Assembly (NCBI GenBank): GCA_038087875.1
Contig: CM075978.1
Coordinates: 51,212,001-51,276,000 of the forward strand
Length of the DNA stretch: 64,000 nt
Origin: Malacoraja senta
Lineage: Eukaryota
Direction of reading: 5' to 3'
Shown here: one piece after another, positions 59,304-64,000 of the stretch
Layout: each line of letters opens with the position of its first letter
Position numbering within the stretch: position 1 is the stretch's first letter
The notes under the pieces: generated by a model
What the model saw: the letters and a program-made list of their open reading frames with translations, nothing else
Told to the model about the DNA's origin: nothing
Databases searched by the model: none
Translations under genes and position numbers: made by a program

Positions 59304-60458
59304 CTAGCAGAATTGGGAGAATTCAATGTTCAAGCCCCCAGGATGTAGACTGCCCAAGCGGAATATGAGGTGCATTTCCTCCAATTTACAGTGTTGCTCG
59401 CTGTGGCCATGGAGGAGACCCAGGATAGAGAGGTCAGATATGGAATGGGAGGGGGAGTTGAAGTGCTGAGCCACCGGGAGGTCAAGTTGGTTATTGCGGA
59501 CCGACCGGAGGTGTTCAGCGAAACGATCGCCAAGCCTCCGCTTGGTCTCACCGATGTAGATCAGCTGGCATCTAGAGCAGCGGATGCAATAGATGAGGTT
59601 GGAGGAGATGCAGGTGAACCTCTGTCGCACCTGGAACGACTGCTTGGGTCCTTGAATGGAGTCGAGGGGGGAGGTGAAGGGACAAGTGTTGCATCTCTTG
59701 CGGTTGCAAGTGAAAGTACCAGGGGAGGGGGTGGTATGGGAGGGAAGGGAAGAATTGACAAGGGAGTTACGGAGGGAGCGGTCTTTGCGGAAGGCAGACA
59801 TGGGACGAGATGGGAAGATGTGGCGAGTGGTGGGGTCACGTTGGAGGTGGCGAAACTGACGGAGGATCACTTGTTGTATGTGACGGCTGGTGGGGTGAAA
59901 GGTGAGGACTAGGGGGACTCTGCCCTTGTGAGTGGGGGGATGGGGAGAGAGAGCAGTGTTGCGGGGTATGGCAGAGACCCTGGTGCGAGCCTCATCTATG
60001 GTGGAGGAGGGGAACCCCCGTTCCCTGAAGAATGAGGACATTTCAGATGCCCTAGTGTGGAACGCCTCATCCTGGGAGCAGATGCGGCGTAGACGGAGGA
60101 ATTGGGAGTGGGGGATGGAGTCCTTACAGGAAGCAGGGTGGGAAGAAGTGTAGTCCAGATAGCCATGGGAGTCGGTGGGTTTGTAGTGGATGTCGGTAAG
60201 GAGTCTATCACCTTCGATGGAGATAGTGAGGTCAAGGAATGGTAGGGAAGTGTCGGAAATGGTCCAGGTGTATTTGAGTGCCGGATGGAAGTTGGTGGTG
60301 AAGCGGATGAAGTCAGTCAGTTGTGTGTGGGTGCAGGATGTGGCACCAAAACAATCATCGATGTGGCGGAGGTAGAGGTCGGGGATGGGGCCCTGGTACG
60401 CATTGAGCAAGGATTGTTCTACGTACCCGACAAAGAGGCAGTCGTAGCTGGGGCCCAT
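59304..60458 (-). pseudogene. PLE RT (C-terminal half) plus Zn-linker plus GIY-YIG endonuclease, N-truncated
   Basis: MGPSY, YLRHIDDC (YIDD>HIDD), LPFLD, HYKPTD, CNRKRCNTC, NLIYCIRCSRCQLIYIGETKRRLGDRFAEH, GGLN. Confidence 0.93.
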
Positions 60459-60796
60459 GCGTGTGCCCTTGTATTTGGAGGAAGATTTAAGAGACCTGAA
60501 GGGTAGTTAGGAAATTCTTCTGCGTCAGCAGTCATTTCTACAGTAATCTTCGTATGCTATTGATCTGCACACCTATTTATATCCTTTGCACATTGCAGCA
60601 ACAACATAGCTTTGATTGCAAACAAAGAAAGTATGGGACGTGCTTTCAATAATGGGCCTGTCCCACTTAGGCAAATTTTTAGGTGGCTACAGGCAACTTG
60701 GCTGTCGCCACATGTTCGCTGGTGGTCGCCATCTTGACTTCGCCTGTATGGACGTGAGTACTCTCCTCAGTCGCACAAAGAGTCGTAGCGTCTTTC

Positions 60797-61530
60797 CCAT
60801 CTTCCCATCTCCTCCCCTTTCGGCTTTCCTCAGAGACCGCTCTCTCCACAACTCCCTGGTCAATTCGTCCATTCCCAACCAAACCACCTCCTTCCCTTGC
60901 AACCGCAGGAAATGCTGCACTTGTTGCTTTACCTCCCCCCCTCGACTCCATCCAAGGACCCAAGCAGTCTTTCCAGGTGAGGCAGAGGATCACCTGCACC
61001 TCCTCCAACCTCATCTATTGCATCTGCTGTTCTAGGTGTCAACTGCTCTACATTGGTGAGACCAAGCGCAGGCTTGGCGATCGCTTCGCCCAACACCTCC
61101 GCTCAGTTCGCATTAACCAACCTGATCTCCCAGTGGCTCAGCACTTCAACTCCCCCTCCCATTCCGAATCCGACCTTTCTGTCCTGGGCCTCCTCCATGG
61201 CCAGAGTGAGTCCCACCACAAATTGGAGGAGCAGCACCTCATATTTCGCTTGGATAGTTTACACCATAGCTGTATGAACATTGACTTCTCCAATTTCAGG
61301 TAGTCCTTGCTTTATCCCTCCTTTCCCTCCCCTTCCCAGCTCACCCACAGTGTAATGTCTCCGCCTCATCCTTCTTTCCGCGCCCCCACCCCCACATCAG
61401 TCTGAAGAAGGGTCTCGACCCGAAATGTCACCTATTCCTTCGCTCCATAGATGCTGCCTCACCCGCTGAGTTTCTCCAGCACTTTTGTCTACCTTCAATT
61501 ATTCCAGCATCTGCAGTTCTTTCTTAAACA
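60797..61530 (+). mobile_element. Penelope-like element 3' part (GIY-YIG plus 3' UTR)
   Basis: ORF 60977..61303 YIGETKRRLGDRFAQH; TSD TAG(C/G)GTCTTTC at 60786..60796 and 61531..61541. Confidence 0.92.
61400..61432 (+). ncRNA. Minimal hammerhead motif
   Basis: GT-CTGAAGA-A-GGGT-CTCG-ACCC-GAAA-TGTC-ACC. Confidence 0.65.
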
Positions 61531-61639
61531 TAGGGTCTTTCTGGTCGCCGGAAAATTTTCAACATGTTGAAAGTTTTTCGGCGACAGTGGGTTTGACGCG
61601 TATGAGCATATCTTGACTTCTCCTGACGTAGGTCCTATG

Positions 61640-61780
61640 GTAGGTTGTTGCCAGATTAACGTAGGTTGTCGCCAGGATGACGTAGGTTGTCACCAGGATG
61701 ACGCAGGTTGTCGCCAGGATGACGTAGGTTGTCGCCAGGATGACGTAGGTTGTCGCCAGTATGACGTAGGTTGTCGCCGG
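61640..61780. repeat. 21-nt tandem repeat (GTAGGTTGTCGCCAGGATGAC) x about 7 inside the Harbinger-type element
   Basis: Directly visible; head-to-tail with no spacers. Confidence 0.92.
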
Positions 61781-62382
61781 TGCTGACTTCGGTGAATTCC
61801 ATTGGCGACTACCTACGTTAACCAGCGACAGGTACCAGCGACTGAATTATCTTACCTTGTCGTAGCTTGTCGCGGGTGGACGTAGGTTGTCGTAGGTGTG
61901 GTCGTAGCAGAACGTCCTAATGGTCGCCGGTTGTCGGTAGCTTGCCGTAGCTTGACGTCGACTACGAGGTAGGTTCTGGTAGACATTGTCGTAGGGGGAT
62001 CCAGTTGCTGGTTTGTCGGCGACTTGCCACGACTATGACAGTCGCCGAAAAAATTGCCTACGTTGGACAGGCCCATAAAGTTTCTCAATAATGAGACTGC
62101 AGAAAAAGATTGGAAATTTATTTTACAATTCCCACAGTATTTACAACTGAACCGTACAGCTTGAAACTACAATTAGTATTCCTGCAGGTATCTCTGGCCC
62201 TTCAACATTATCTGATTCAACATAAATCTAGAATTTTTGTACCAGTTTTATACATGTCTGTAATTATGTTTGTTCCAATGTGAGATCGCTAATTGATTGT
62301 ATGTCGGGGCAGCAATGACATAATTGTAACTTTTTGAAAGATTTCAGAAATTGAAGCACAGCTTATGATGCATTGCATTTAA

Positions 62383-62676
<294 letters not shown>

Positions 62677-63759
62677 TGATAAAGCAATAATCAGTGGCCT
62701 AGAAAATTTTACACTTAGTTTTTTTATTTCCTCTGCACACAGAAAATCAGTTATTTCCAAAGGGCCACTCTGAAACGCAATTGGCCGGTATGAATTGCGC
62801 ATGTGTAATTTCTGCATCAGGCGTGCATTGAGTGATAAAATTCCCTATGAAAAACTTAATTTGTGTGTTTTCCCTTGCAAATTAAGCTCGTAATGTTGTG
62901 ATGTGCATCTATCATTGGTACTCTCAGAAAAAAACATAATATGGCGCTGAACCCAGTCAACTCTTAGCTGGTCCCAGAAATTGATCTGTAATCATTCATC
63001 CACTCTTTTAAACATCTACGACACAGATTCCCCTTCTCCTGTACTTGTACACTGTGGACAGCTTTATTGTAATCATGTATAGTCTTTCCATTGACTGGAT
63101 AGCATGCAACAAAGAAGCATTACATTGTACCTCAGTAAACTAAGCTAAACTAAACTTGTGCTGCCCGCAGATCATGTACCAGCCAATAGTGAGACATAAC
63201 TCTGGGTTCTCCTTCGGTAACTTGGAACCATCTATCACTACAGTACTATACACCCCCACCAAAATTTCTATCAAATCTGATTGATATCCCTGATGCATGC
63301 CTCTTCTTCACACAACTAGACTCCCAGCAAGACTTTAATATGCACCTGACGAGTGTTGTTGATTGATCCCCGTGAAAATCCGAGAACTGAAGTGCCAATA
63401 ATTTTTGTATGTAAAAAAATGTTTGGTCTACAATTTGAGCTCATGTCCATATTAAAACAGAACAGTGTTAGTTAAGAGGCCAGACTAAATCAGAATGTAG
63501 ACCATGTCAACCAGTAAAGTGTAACCATGTGTGTAAAGCTCAAACTGGGGCTCTGAAAGTAAAAGAGGGCTTACCAATGTAGCATTGTGTCACAGATAGG
63601 AAGTTACCAGTTACAGTTCCACATTAATTTGTTATGGCAAGCTTGAATGTATGTTTATCGGGTAGGATTAGAGTTAGTGTGGCTTTATACTTCATTAAGC
63701 CACACTGATTAAATAGCCAGGATTGAGTGCCACACTGAGTCAAGCTGTAATTTCTACAT

Positions 63760-63901
63760 GGAGAAACCAAAATGTATAAAAAAATACCCTTTAATAAAAT
63801 CTGACAATATGCACTTTAACCACATGTGATTTTTTCTATTACAAATCTCAAATTGTGGCATAAATGATGGGTCTTTGTCCCAAACATTATGGAGGGCACT
63901 C
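63760..63901. mobile_element. Tc1-like terminal inverted repeat fragment
   Basis: Ends ...GTCCCAAACATTATGGAGGGCACT(C)TA, a near match to a CAGTG...|TA Tc1 end on the minus strand. Confidence 0.45.
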
Positions 63902-64000
63902 TATGTCCTGAAATGCATTTATAAAACAAACAATAATATTGCAAAGACAAAAATAATACAATACAAGACAATACAATACAATTTATTTATCTTTTGGACA

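Larger units (their letters stand above)
59091..60468 (-). mobile_element. 5'-truncated young Penelope-like element (Neptune type)
   Basis: Open 384-aa frame plus 3' UTR and terminus. Confidence 0.95.
60653..62075. mobile_element. PIF/Harbinger-type non-autonomous DNA transposon (interrupted by a PLE)
   Basis: TAA|TGGGCCTGTCCCACTTAGGCAA...TTGCCTACGTTGGACAGGCCCA|TAA. Confidence 0.8.

Noticed and set aside
59370-60375. Plus-strand ORFs over the PLE (and 30714..31139 on minus)
   Set aside because: Antisense frames of the GC-rich PLE coding region
59091-61530. A single PLE insertion with a large inversion
   Set aside because: The two copies differ in 3' UTR subfamily, are separated by unrelated DNA, and the plus copy has its own TSD inside a Harbinger-type element
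61640-61780. CRISPR-like regular repeats (also 34166..34320 and 28500..28615)
   Set aside because: Head-to-tail tandem units with no unique spacers, inside eukaryotic transposons, and no cas genes

Overview
Eukaryotic (vertebrate) genomic DNA, most likely a cartilaginous fish (skate/ray-like). This is inferred only from the repeat content: V-domain SINEs, CR1 LINEs with (CTATTGT)n/(TTCTTATG)n tails and abundant Neptune-type Penelope elements. The window lies inside one + strand gene, pecanex 1 (pcnx1). I traced 19 consecutive coding exons (1706..62620, 2393 nt), all with GT-AG ends and matching phases; the start and stop lie outside the window. One intron (52625..54181) is a U12 (minor spliceosome) intron. 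The introns contain a truncated L1, many CR1 fragments, a decayed Tc1 (IR/DR type), two Harbinger-type MITEs, Helitron-like elements, V-SINEs, a teleost-like CORE-type SINE and many Penelope-like element (PLE) pieces. The most striking signal is a population of short (about 90-230 nt) non-coding PLE derivatives. Most are fold-back palindromes whose apex sits on a minimal hammerhead-ribozyme motif (CTGAAGA-A-GGGT-CTCG-ACCC-GAAA-CGTC). Several are bounded by 10-18 nt target-site duplications and show microhomology to the target at a fixed terminus. Family names and human orthology are recalled from memory, not from database searches. Most ORFs in the supplied track are spurious or transposon remnants.
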